Below are positions 19,758-29,703 of a stretch of 64,000 nucleotides of DNA, piece after piece (within the stretch, counting starts at the first letter, position 1; each line of letters opens with the position of its first letter). A model generated the notes under the pieces. That model worked only from the letters and a program-made list of their open reading frames with translations. It was not told the DNA's origin and did no database searches. The stretch is from Opitutales bacterium (GTDB lineage Bacteria; Verrucomicrobiota; Verrucomicrobiia; Opitutales; PNEW01), in assembly GCA_965197745.1 (NCBI GenBank), contig CBDANS010000004.1, forward strand, positions 1-64,000, written 5' to 3'. A program made the translations under genes and the position numbers.

Positions 19758-21553
19758 AGGGTGTAGGGTTAATAAGGGGATAAGATAAAAAGGTTATAAG
19801 ATTTTTATCTTATTCTAGATTTATATCGGCTTTAATGCTTAAGGTTCGTTAACGAGAACGTTAATCTGATTTCTTAAAGTTAAATTTTACCATCTTAGTT
19901 TTTTATTCTTAAGTCAGGATTTAGTGATAACTTAATCACTTTTTTATTACTTGCTTCAGAACCGTTTCAAGGATTAAGGAAGGGCCAGAGGATGAACTTT
20001 CTAATTAAGATGCTGGATTCCTCACACGACTTTGAATTTGAGGTTTTAGTCCCTCCGGGAACTAAGTTGCGCAGGGTGCAGACCCGAACGAAGAATCCCG
20101 GCTTGAGGACCCACTCGATGAGGATTTCCCCACCTTTATGTGATAGTTATTAATAAGACAGAATTAATGTATAATGGTCCTTGATATTAGCGTTATCATT
20201 TATAAGTTTTCCCTGCTAATCCCTTCCGGGATCCATTGACTTTAGAGGGATTTCTCATCCTTCTACGGCCATAAGGTTTTTAGCCATTGAAGGAAATAAA
20301 TGAGAAAGAGACTTCGGAATTGCCCATTATGCCTAATCTCAAAGAGAAGCTCGACCCCAAAGATAAGTGGAGATAACCATGACCTTGGCACATTGTTTTT
20401 TCTCATCAATATCTTGTTTAAAGTAGAGCATAAAAAGTCCCCTATCAATATCTCAAATTTTGCCCATCCATTTACCCTGAAATAAAAAGGAAGTGATCAG
20501 TTAAGTAATAAGTTCCTTTTTAGGATAGGGATTGGATGTGAACACGCTTTAAAAAACAGTACATGGTTTTGTAATAAGAGACTTGGTTAGCATAGATGTT
20601 ACCCAGTATTACATTTTCCTTTTCCATTGGGTTAAAGCGGTCATAATGCCCGCTTTTTACTTCCCCAGAGCAGACCAGAAATATATGGAAATTTACGAGG
20701 GTGCGGAATGGTCGGGAGGGTCGTGCCCGGCGACCTGTTGACAACGTCGTCGAAAGCAGTCCTCAAAGACATTAACTTGGGAAAATTTTTCCCCAGGGGA
20801 GCATTAATTAAAAAATTGAACACCGTTAATTTGACGAACCCGTAATAATAAGTAGGTGAAGGGCACACCATACTTTTTCTAATTTGGTGTAACGCAGAAA
20901 CGACCCGGACTGATATTTGAATTAAAGACACGAGTTAAAAAAGGATTAACAATGAATGATTCACCAAAGATTATTGAGGATTGCATCAGGGAGCTCGCGG
21001 AGCGTGAGGTTATCGAGGAGACAAAGGACGGTGTGACCGTGAGGCTAAGCAGGACGGAGCGTTTGAGGATAGAATCCTCGGGGAGAGTTATTCCTGATCC
21101 ATGGCGACGCTATAACTCTCACCGAAGTTTTGGGGGTGATTAACCGTGAGGTCCCGGTCACCTGGGACAAAATCCCACAAGGTAGCAAACTCGGAGAATT
21201 CGCCACACACGGCCTTTTGACCTCGAAATTGAAGGATATAACGCTTTCTATAAGAAAACGTTACGTTGAGGGCATAGATCGACGCTCCAAGGCCTCAATG
21301 CGACACAACCCCACCTCAAAAATAACATCCACCGGGACCAGCCCCAAAAGAGGTAGTCTCAAAGCAATGATGCATAGGCGTAGCGATCTCCACAGGGTAA
21401 AAGCAAAGAGAGAGCTCGGAGTTAGGATAAGGATACCGGGACATCAAAACCGATGCGGCATGACAGCGGAAAATAAAGAGGTGGTGAAGGGGTTTAGAGG
21501 ATAGTGGAGCATAACAACCTCAAGCAGGTATGATGCAACCAGGGACCCGGAGG

Positions 21554-21611
21554 CCTTTCTAGGTTACCAAGACTAACTTTTCAAGGGGCTCAGTTTCCGT
21601 GGTCTCGACCA
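21554..21611 (-). mobile_element. Solo left end of the IS3-family element at 41787-43008
   Basis: CCTTTCTAGGTTACC.AGACTAACTTTTCAAG...GTGGTC.CGACCA matches ~42951-43008. Confidence 0.8.
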
Positions 21612-21793
21612 CCCTTGAAGAGTATAAAAATGCTTTCAACCACGTGATCTAATTAAAAGAACATTCATATTCCTCGCGTGTCATTTTACTGATCCCTTTT
21701 AATAATTCGATTCTTAGTGATTATATGATTGAAATAGACCATTAGATCCATTCCCTTTTTTATCAGCCATATCAACTGAGACCAGGAGAGTAA

Positions 21794-24022
21794 ATGAACC
21801 TAAAAAAGCTTGACACTGTAACCTCGGTATTGCTGACCATTCCCTTATTTATTCAAGCCGCGCCTCAAGACCAGGAAATATTTCTCGATTTTGAAAATGT
21901 CGAAGGAACTGGAGATTTTAGACTCGGCGAACCACCGAATGACATCCAGTTTCTCGGCTTTACGATAGAGACATTAGAAGATCCGACACTTTTACACTCA
22001 GGATCGAAAGCTTTAACTCTTGGGCCCGGCCAGGAAGGAAGAATCATAAGCAACCGAGGGATTAATACGATTGAATTTTACGCAGCTGAATCAACAGGCG
22101 GTGGCAAAATCGAGATCAGAGGTTTAGTTAATTCAGAAGGAGGAGCAGCCGGTGGATTACCTGAAGTTATTACCGTAATATCAGAAAATGGTGAGGTTGA
22201 AGGACTGCCGGCCAACATCAGCCCTGACGCCAACCCCCCATTGCAAAGCTTTGTCGCTGACAGTGGCAATTTTCTTGATGGAACTGACCTGGAATTTATT
22301 GAAGGGATAAAAGATGTGAAGATCCTCAATGTTTCAGGTAAATTTTCTATCGATGATCTTGGCTACACACTCACAGATAAGCCTTCTAATAATAGCGTCT
22401 TTACCCGGTTTGAGGAATTTGGAGTCGGTGATGGTTTATCGGGTCCTATTACAATGGGAACATCTCCCAATTCAGCCACCTTTGATGGGGGCCAGATTGT
22501 AGCCTCTGTTTCGTGTGCATGTGGATTAATTTACTCGCAATCGCAAGGTTATGCGATTCGAAATGGAGAGGAATTCACGGTCACCTTTGAAACCCCGGCT
22601 TATGAAGTAGATTTTTACGCACAGAATGTAGTCAGAGTACAGTTGCAAGATCCCGATGGCTCATTTGAAGTCTACGATACTAATAATAACCTGATCGGGA
22701 CCTTCACTAATTTTGAATCGAGTCTTAATCCGCAATTTAAACCCAATTTTTTTACCCTCAACGCGGTGGAATTGGGAGCGCCAGGCGGCATTGGCAGGCT
22801 TGTTTTTAAGGACGATCCCGATTTGAACGATGATGTATTCAGCCATTCAGGTATAGACGACTTTGGCTTTACGCCGATCGGCGCTCTGGGAACTGGCGGG
22901 GCCCCTCCGGTAGAAGGCCCGTCCATTACCACCCAGCCGGCGAGCCAGGAAGTGCCAGCCGGCACCTCGGTTACCGTATCGGTCACCGCCAGTGGCGACG
23001 GCCTTACTTACCAGTGGTATCTTGGTAACAGTGGCGACACCTCTAACCCCGTAGACGGGGCCACCACCAGCACCTTTAACAAAGGAGAAGTAAACGAGAA
23101 TTCGAGTTGCTGGGTGCGGGTAAGCCAGGTATCGGGAGCTAGTGTGGATAGTGATGCCGCCGTCATCACCGTCGCAGCCCCGGCCGTGCCCCTCGTGCTT
23201 GACGGAACAGGTGATATCGCCGGGGAGAACATCCAGCATCCTAATGGTAACGTCTTCGACCAAATCTTACTCACCGGAGAAACCATCCAGTTACAGGCCA
23301 GACCGAATCAGATTACTCGCGTCTCCTTTATGGATGAAACCGAGGACATTGTGCAGGTTGAGTTCTCTGGCGCAGGATCCTTTACCGTAAACCTGGACGC
23401 TGCCACCTTCCTGCCACCGGCCATACCCCCGCGCTATAACCAGTCCGTAGAGTATGTGACGGGCAAGCCGAGTGTGGTGATCGATGGAGCGGACTCCAGT
23501 TCCTTCTTCAGCATCTTCACCGTGGGAAGGATCAACGCCGTAAACCAGGCGCTCTTCCCCGAGGGACAGGTCTATGACGCCCAAGCAGACGTCACTCTCG
23601 TCGAAGTTGTAAATTCCACCGGCATAGGCGGCATGCAGCTGTCGAACACCGCTTTCAGCGGAAGCACCGGTAAGGTTGGCGTTGATGCGCGCGGAGTACC
23701 GATCGCGGTACGCTTAACCGTTGGCGACATTGATGCCGATGGTGATGCCGTTCCCCACTTACTCTTTGGCTCCGGTTCTTTCACAGTGCCAGCTGGAAAC
23801 CCCGGCTTGCGAATCACCGGTGGTGACCTCTTGCAGTCAAACGATGCTGCGATAGTAGTAGCCGAGAGTGGATCGACAACAACCGGGTTTGACACCCTGA
23901 TTACGCAGAACAACTTCAAGTCCGACAACACCCCTCAACCTACACTGAGTATTGATGCCACCTTCGCCAATGAAGATGGTGATGCAATTGAGGTGACGAC
24001 CGAAGAGTTGACGATAGAGTGA
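21794..24022 (+). CDS. Secreted protein: two tandem beta-rich domains + Ig-like domain + shared C-terminal domain
   Basis: Signal peptide; Ig motif PSITTQPASQ...LTYQWY; PLVLDGTGDIAGENIQHPNGNVFDQ. Confidence 0.92.
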   Translation: MNLKKLDTVTSVLLTIPLFIQAAPQDQEIFLDFENVEGTGDFRLGEPPNDIQFLGFTIETLEDPTLLHSGSKALTLGPGQEGRIISNRGINTIEFYAAESTGGGKIEIRGLVNSEGGAAGGLPEVITVISENGEVEGLPANISPDANPPLQSFVADSGNFLDGTDLEFIEGIKDVKILNVSGKFSIDDLGYTLTDKPSNNSVFTRFEEFGVGDGLSGPITMGTSPNSATFDGGQIVASVSCACGLIYSQSQGYAIRNGEEFTVTFETPAYEVDFYAQNVVRVQLQDPDGSFEVYDTNNNLIGTFTNFESSLNPQFKPNFFTLNAVELGAPGGIGRLVFKDDPDLNDDVFSHSGIDDFGFTPIGALGTGGAPPVEGPSITTQPASQEVPAGTSVTVSVTASGDGLTYQWYLGNSGDTSNPVDGATTSTFNKGEVNENSSCWVRVSQVSGASVDSDAAVITVAAPAVPLVLDGTGDIAGENIQHPNGNVFDQILLTGETIQLQARPNQITRVSFMDETEDIVQVEFSGAGSFTVNLDAATFLPPAIPPRYNQSVEYVTGKPSVVIDGADSSSFFSIFTVGRINAVNQALFPEGQVYDAQADVTLVEVVNSTGIGGMQLSNTAFSGSTGKVGVDARGVPIAVRLTVGDIDADGDAVPHLLFGSGSFTVPAGNPGLRITGGDLLQSNDAAIVVAESGSTTTGFDTLITQNNFKSDNTPQPTLSIDATFANEDGDAIEVTTEELTIE

Positions 24023-24357
24023 GCCGATTTCAGATTGCAGATAGCGGATTGATATAGGATGCAAGATAGTGAACAGTTGAGAAAGAACCAAGGGAACTGA
24101 TCTTCGTCTTCGTCTACCTCCTCGTCTTCGTCCATCCAGATTCTTACATAATTATTAGGTGGTACGGGCTGCCTGTCAGCCATAGCCTTGGCGAAGGTTG
24201 GTCCCTAGCACGCTTCTTCAATTACGACATTCTCAAACACGCTGGAAACAGCGTCTCCCACTCTTTATAGTCCTTATTTGGATGATACCATCATGCGCTA
24301 AATATTTAGCTTTCGTTAACACCTCAAAAAGTAATATAAAATGTTCTTTTATTTTTC

Positions 24358-24405
24358 CGGGGTGTAGCTCAGCCTGGTAGAGCGCTGCGTTCGGGACGCA
24401 GAGGT
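24358..24405 (+). pseudogene. 5' fragment (48 nt) of tRNA-Pro(CGG)
   Basis: CGGGGTGTAGCTCAGCCTGGTAGAGCGCTGCGTTCGGGACGCAGAGGT followed by non-tRNA sequence. Confidence 0.9.
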
Positions 24406-24589
24406 ACCCCTTTATTCATGCGGGTTCCAAGGGCAGTTGCCAAAAAAAGCAGGATTTTTGCAACTATCACCTTTACCGATAATTAATAAATGGTTACTTA
24501 AGTATGACTAACCAACCCGCCATAACCGTACACATAAAGCTTGTTGTCCTTACGCTGATCTTTAGCATCCCTCTAATCGTTAAAACAGC

Positions 24590-26815
24590 ATGAAAAGAAA
24601 ACCTATAAAAATAATTCCGCTTCTGATTCTTTTTCTTTATTTACCGGCACGCCTCTATGCCCTTCCTCAAGACCTGGAGGTGTTCACAGATTTCGAAGAC
24701 GTTAGTGGTGAAGGCACGATTATCATTGGGCAGGAGCCAAACACGGTTACTATAACAGGTTTCACGGTGGAGACATTAGAGGATCCTGCTCAATTACATT
24801 CAGGGACAAAGGCTTTAACCCTGGGACCTGGACAGGAAGGGCGAATATCATCATCAAGAGGTATACAATTTCTGGAATTTTATGCGGGCGAGAACACGGG
24901 CGCAGGTAGAATGGAGGTAAGAGGAGAAGTCATACCAGACCCCTCAGTTGACACTAAAAGTAACTTCGTCATTGGCAATGGAGGTCTTATCGAAGGACTG
25001 CCAGCAAATATCAGCCCTGGAGCCAATCCCCCTTTATACAGTTTTGTAGGAGACAGCGGGTTTTTTCAAGATACAGATGATTTTGACTTCCTCAGCGGTA
25101 TCCTCGAAGTAAAGTTTCTTAATGTTACGGGAAAACTCGTCCTCGACGACCTGGGATTTACCCTGACCGACTTCCCCTCAAACAACACTGTTTACAGCAC
25201 TTTTGAAGAATTTAGTACGGGTGAAGGAGGATCAGAACCCTTGGTCCTGGGTACTTCGCCCAATACTGCTACCTTTGAGGGAGGAATGATTATAAACAGG
25301 GTTGCAGGTAATTTCATTTATGTACGCGCGTTTTTTAATATTTATGGATTATTTAATGGAGGGGAGGCAACCATCACCTTTGAAACTCCAGCCTATGAAA
25401 TAGATTTTTTCGGAGCTACCACCGTGGCTGCTGGCAGTACCGATCCCAACGGCGCAATTGAAGTCTATGATACGAACGATAACTTACTGGCAACCTTTTC
25501 AGATTTAGAAGGAAATATTAGAGCTGAGTTCAAACCCAGATTTATAACCATCAATGCCGAAGAATTAGGAGCTCCCGGCGGCATCAGCAGGCTGGTGATG
25601 AAGGATGATCCCGATGTTAGCCCTATTTTCAGTCGTACCACAGTCGACGATTTTGGATTTACCCCGATCGGCGCCCCGGGAACGGGCTCCGAGGGCCCCC
25701 CGCCTGTCACTGCTCCCTCCATCACTACCCAGCCGGCAAGCCAGGAAGTGCAGTCGGGTACCGAAGTGGTCTTGTCCGTAGCCGCCAGCGGCGATGATCT
25801 CACCTACCAATGGTTTACCGGTAACAGCGGCGACACCACCAGTCCCGTCGCCGGTGCAACTGCTGGCACGTTAGACACGGGCGCTCTCACCGCGAGCACC
25901 AGCTTCTGGGTACAGATTACTAACGCCGGGGGCACCGCCGATAGCGACACCGCAGTCATCACTGTAGCGGCACCCTCCGTACCCCTCGTCCTCGACGGCT
26001 CGGGGGATATCGCGGGTGAAGACATTCAGCATGCCAACGGTAACGTCTTCGACCAGATTTTACTCACTGGAGAGTCCGTCCAACTCCAGGCCAAGCCGGG
26101 ACAGATCACCCGCGTCTCCTTCATGGACGAAACCGAAGACATTGTGCAGGTAGAATTCTCAGGGACAGGCACCTTTACTGTAACTTTAGACCCAGCTACC
26201 TTCCTGCCCCCGGCCATCCCTCCACGCTACAACCAGGCCGTTGAGTACGTGACGGGCAAACCGAGCGTAGTCATCGATGGAGCGGACGCTAATACTTTCT
26301 TCAGTATCTTCACCGTAGGAAGAATCAACGCGGTGAACCAGGCCCTCTTCCCTGAAGGACAGGTCTATGATGCACAAGCGGACGTGACCCTGGTGGAAGT
26401 GATCAACTCCACGGGAATGGGAGGGATGCAGTTGTCTAACACGGTTTTTTCGGGGAATACAGGCAAGGTCGGCGTGAATGCAAGAGGAGTACCGATCGCG
26501 GTGCGGTTAACTGTAGGTGACATCGATGCCAGTGGCGATGCAATACCACACTTACTGTTTGGCAGTGGTTCCTTCACCGTAGCAGCGGGTAACCCCGGAT
26601 TGCGGATTACCGGAGGAGACTTAGCACAGACTAATGCGGCATCTGTAGTGGTGGCCGAGAGTGGATCGACGACGACAGGATTTGAGACTTTGATTAGTCA
26701 GAATAATTTTAAGTCTGACCATACTGCTCAGCCCACACTAAGCATTGATGCGACCTTTGCCAATGAGGATGGGGATGCTATCACTGTTACCACTGAAGAG
26801 GTGACGATCGAGTAA
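24590..26815 (+). CDS. Secreted protein, tandem paralog of 21794-24022
   Basis: Same architecture; the C-terminal domain is nearly identical in protein sequence. Confidence 0.92.
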   Translation: MKRKPIKIIPLLILFLYLPARLYALPQDLEVFTDFEDVSGEGTIIIGQEPNTVTITGFTVETLEDPAQLHSGTKALTLGPGQEGRISSSRGIQFLEFYAGENTGAGRMEVRGEVIPDPSVDTKSNFVIGNGGLIEGLPANISPGANPPLYSFVGDSGFFQDTDDFDFLSGILEVKFLNVTGKLVLDDLGFTLTDFPSNNTVYSTFEEFSTGEGGSEPLVLGTSPNTATFEGGMIINRVAGNFIYVRAFFNIYGLFNGGEATITFETPAYEIDFFGATTVAAGSTDPNGAIEVYDTNDNLLATFSDLEGNIRAEFKPRFITINAEELGAPGGISRLVMKDDPDVSPIFSRTTVDDFGFTPIGAPGTGSEGPPPVTAPSITTQPASQEVQSGTEVVLSVAASGDDLTYQWFTGNSGDTTSPVAGATAGTLDTGALTASTSFWVQITNAGGTADSDTAVITVAAPSVPLVLDGSGDIAGEDIQHANGNVFDQILLTGESVQLQAKPGQITRVSFMDETEDIVQVEFSGTGTFTVTLDPATFLPPAIPPRYNQAVEYVTGKPSVVIDGADANTFFSIFTVGRINAVNQALFPEGQVYDAQADVTLVEVINSTGMGGMQLSNTVFSGNTGKVGVNARGVPIAVRLTVGDIDASGDAIPHLLFGSGSFTVAAGNPGLRITGGDLAQTNAASVVVAESGSTTTGFETLISQNNFKSDHTAQPTLSIDATFANEDGDAITVTTEEVTIE

Positions 26816-27123
26816 AGCTTAAAGGGGTATGTAAAATACACAACCCTCTCAATCGATAATCCATAAGCCTGTATGCGGCGGGGGTGTTTTCTCCCAAAGG
26901 GGTATTCAATTGTAAATCAAATATAGCTTGGTATTCAGGAGACATAGAGAGCAATTCCTCTCTATTTATTTAAACTTTCATTAGGTTCTTGTTTACTTAA
27001 GACACACGACTGTATCAAGATCAGCCTTCCTTTGCGGTCAGCCCTGAACTAACTGCTTCCAACCTCTCGAAGATTCCCTCGATTACGTTTTCCTGAACCC
27101 TCTCTCATTAGTCCTCCGGCTTT

Positions 27124-29703
27124 CTATTCCTTCCTCGCGAGCATAGTATAAATTGTCAGCCCCTCGAGAGACTTTTTCCGCTCGGGTATAAATAGACTGG
27201 ATAAATAGCCAACGACAAAACAGGTGATGAATCCGATAGTTGAGTAGAGGAAAAAGTGTATCGGTGTTTCAAATTTCACAAAATAAAGGACTATCGCACT
27301 AGTAATCGTGCCAACTAAGGCACCAATACCATTCGCACGTCGTGTAAAAATACCCAGGGCAAACAGTCCGCCCAATCCGCTGATAAATAATCCAGCGATA
27401 GAAGCAGCAAACAATGCGGCATTATGAATATCAAAAGTAACCAGTGAGAGGGCGATAACGGTGGCAATGAGACCGATGACTAAGGTAACCGAGCGAGCGA
27501 GATACAAATAGAGACGATCGGGTTTCTTGGGTTTGAAGCGTCGGTAAAAATCCGTGACAAAGACCGTGGCCACCGAGTTCATCCCGCTGTCAAGACTCGA
27601 CATCGCGGCGGAAAAGATGGCTGCAATGACAAAACCGGCAAGCCCGAAGGGAAGATTTTGTGCAATAAAGAGAGGGAAAATCGCGTCATTCTGCATTCCC
27701 ATGCTGACTGTGACAGGGTGCGTTTTATAATAGGCGTAAAGGGCGGAACCCATTCCATAAAATAAAAACCCGATGGGAATACCTATTATAGTATTTAACC
27801 ATATCCCTTTCGCGGCCGCTTTTTCGTCTTTCGTCGTAAGATACCTTTGGATCGTGGTTTGATCGGTGGATGGTCCCAAAAAAGAACCAATAGCACTACT
27901 AATTAATAACACCCATAAGACGGGCGCTGTAATGTCCCATTCCAGATACAACATACGGTATTTATAATCAGCCAAACCAATATCGATTATTCCCTTAAAA
28001 CCATTATCGATATGAAAAGGAATAACAATGAGGGCAATAATGATACCGATAAAAAATATAATGACCTGTAAAACATCCGACCATATGACCGCTTCGATAC
28101 CACCCAGCACGGTGTAAAAGGTGCTGATTAATCCCATAAAGAGAATGCATAAGTAGATATTAATCCCCGCGATGGTGGAGAGAACGACTGCCGGTAGATA
28201 AAGGATAATACTAATTCTGATTAATTGAAAAATTATGAATTGTACACTTCCATATAAGCGAACAGGCAGATTAAATCGTTTCTCCAGGTATTCGTAAGCG
28301 GTAGTAACATTAAGCCTTCGGTAAAACGGCAGGAAAAAATAGATAACAATTATGGGTGCAAAAAAAAGCCCAATTCTTACGGGAAAAAGGAACCAGTCAG
28401 TGGCGTAAGCTAAAGCCGGATAGGAGATATAAGTAAGCGCACTGAGTCCTGTTCCTAAAATACTGAGACCTGCCGCCCACCAGGGAACACGATGGCTGGC
28501 GAGGAAATAATCTTTTGTCCCTTTCTCCTGCCTGGAAAAATAAAACCCCATATAGATAAGCGCCACCATATACAGCAGTAGAAAAGCATAATTTATGATT
28601 CCAAACGATGCATTCGCTCCCGCATCATGAATCATTATTTGAACCTTAGGGGTCATTATCCCTGGTTCTGTCTCTCCACCGGTAATGGCGATTCCTTCAC
28701 CCCAAGACACCGCTTCAGAAGACACAACCCCTAATGGTAATCCACATTTTACCACCCAGGTATCAGTGATCGTGTGATAGACGAGAAGATCGCGTGAATA
28801 GCTGGGAGGATCCTTGCTTGAATTCACATCCTTGTGTTTCCAGGTATTGCCTCCAAAGATAAGAATATGTGATTGTCCATAGGCAATTCCAGGGGCCCCG
28901 GTTACGGGATGGAGGGCGTCAGCGATAGGTTCCCAATTTTCATAACGAAGGGAATAGCGGTAGCCGTCGGTCAATTGCCTGCTTTGGATCTCACCATTTT
29001 CATTCTGAATCCTTTCTTCACCGCCAATGATGTATACAAACCTGCCATTACCAATATTCTGGCCTACAACGATGGCCCTTCTCCTCGCCGGGCCCTCCCA
29101 GGGGACTAACGATTTCCAACCGGAATCTAATTTGTTCAGATCAAGTGACCAAAAATTCTTCGTCAGACTCATTTTGTCTCGCTCAAACTGGCCGCCAACC
29201 ACGTATACGACACCATCAATTTCAGCGGCGCCGATTAAAGAGAGTGACTGTGGAAGAGGCGGCAGGGACACTTGATTAATTATCCGAGAAGATGCATTCC
29301 ACGTTAACTGGACCACCTCGCTCTGATTGCCCTCAGCATTGCTCCCCCCAATTAAAATCAAACTATCATCGCTAGTTACAGAAGCACCTAAAGCGATCGG
29401 TTCATTCAGTTTGTAGCCTGTTAACCACTTTTTCTCTCTATTATTTGGGAGTATGTAGATGTCGTCATACCAAGTTCTGTTTTGGATCATCAATTCCATT
29501 CCATGCGGGAAATTTGAACCCCCAGCGACAATGAGAGCGCCATTGCTGACTCCGGTAAAAGCTCCTCCCAGGCCGAACTTGTTAGGCAATTCGGGCAGTT
29601 CACTCCAGCTAATGACTTCTTGCTTCGGCGCTGCGCTTTCACTGTGCCTTGCTATGCAAATCAAGGCAGCTAAGCATAACAAGATAACACAGGAATGTTT
29701 CAT
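27124..29703 (-). CDS. Kelch (NanM-like)-sodium:solute symporter fusion, paralog of 10149-12743
   Basis: Colinear motifs GVSNGALIVAGG, YHTITDTWV, TAYEYLEKRF, AAMSSLDS; start taken at MKHSCVILL. Confidence 0.9.
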   Translation of the reverse strand: MKHSCVILLCLAALICIARHSESAAPKQEVISWSELPELPNKFGLGGAFTGVSNGALIVAGGSNFPHGMELMIQNRTWYDDIYILPNNREKKWLTGYKLNEPIALGASVTSDDSLILIGGSNAEGNQSEVVQLTWNASSRIINQVSLPPLPQSLSLIGAAEIDGVVYVVGGQFERDKMSLTKNFWSLDLNKLDSGWKSLVPWEGPARRRAIVVGQNIGNGRFVYIIGGEERIQNENGEIQSRQLTDGYRYSLRYENWEPIADALHPVTGAPGIAYGQSHILIFGGNTWKHKDVNSSKDPPSYSRDLLVYHTITDTWVVKCGLPLGVVSSEAVSWGEGIAITGGETEPGIMTPKVQIMIHDAGANASFGIINYAFLLLYMVALIYMGFYFSRQEKGTKDYFLASHRVPWWAAGLSILGTGLSALTYISYPALAYATDWFLFPVRIGLFFAPIIVIYFFLPFYRRLNVTTAYEYLEKRFNLPVRLYGSVQFIIFQLIRISIILYLPAVVLSTIAGINIYLCILFMGLISTFYTVLGGIEAVIWSDVLQVIIFFIGIIIALIVIPFHIDNGFKGIIDIGLADYKYRMLYLEWDITAPVLWVLLISSAIGSFLGPSTDQTTIQRYLTTKDEKAAAKGIWLNTIIGIPIGFLFYGMGSALYAYYKTHPVTVSMGMQNDAIFPLFIAQNLPFGLAGFVIAAIFSAAMSSLDSGMNSVATVFVTDFYRRFKPKKPDRLYLYLARSVTLVIGLIATVIALSLVTFDIHNAALFAASIAGLFISGLGGLFALGIFTRRANGIGALVGTITSAIVLYFVKFETPIHFFLYSTIGFITCFVVGYLSSLFIPERKKSLEGLTIYTMLARKE

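Larger units (their letters stand above)
14985..21611 (+). mobile_element. Degraded integrative element (int, regulator-like, xis-like, prim-pol, resolvase, tandem repeats); ends approximate
   Basis: Gene content and co-orientation, AT-rich interior; no att duplication located. Confidence 0.65.

Noticed and set aside
20263..21504. Short ORFs in the distal part of the integrative element
   Set aside because: No recognisable motifs and conflicting overlaps; probably decayed sequence.
23935..24183. Acidic ORF with DEDEEVDEDED (similar one at 12694-12915)
   Set aside because: It arises from an intergenic TCTTCG-type repeat beside a REP and overlaps a real gene end.
24358..24440. Intact or intron-containing tRNA-Pro using GCGGGTTCC as T arm
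   Set aside because: GCGGG has no pairing partner after the loop, and no 3' acceptor strand or CCA follows.
21794..26815. DGR-type mutagenesis explaining the paralog variability
   Set aside because: Differences include indels and are not adenine-specific; both copies are full coding genes.
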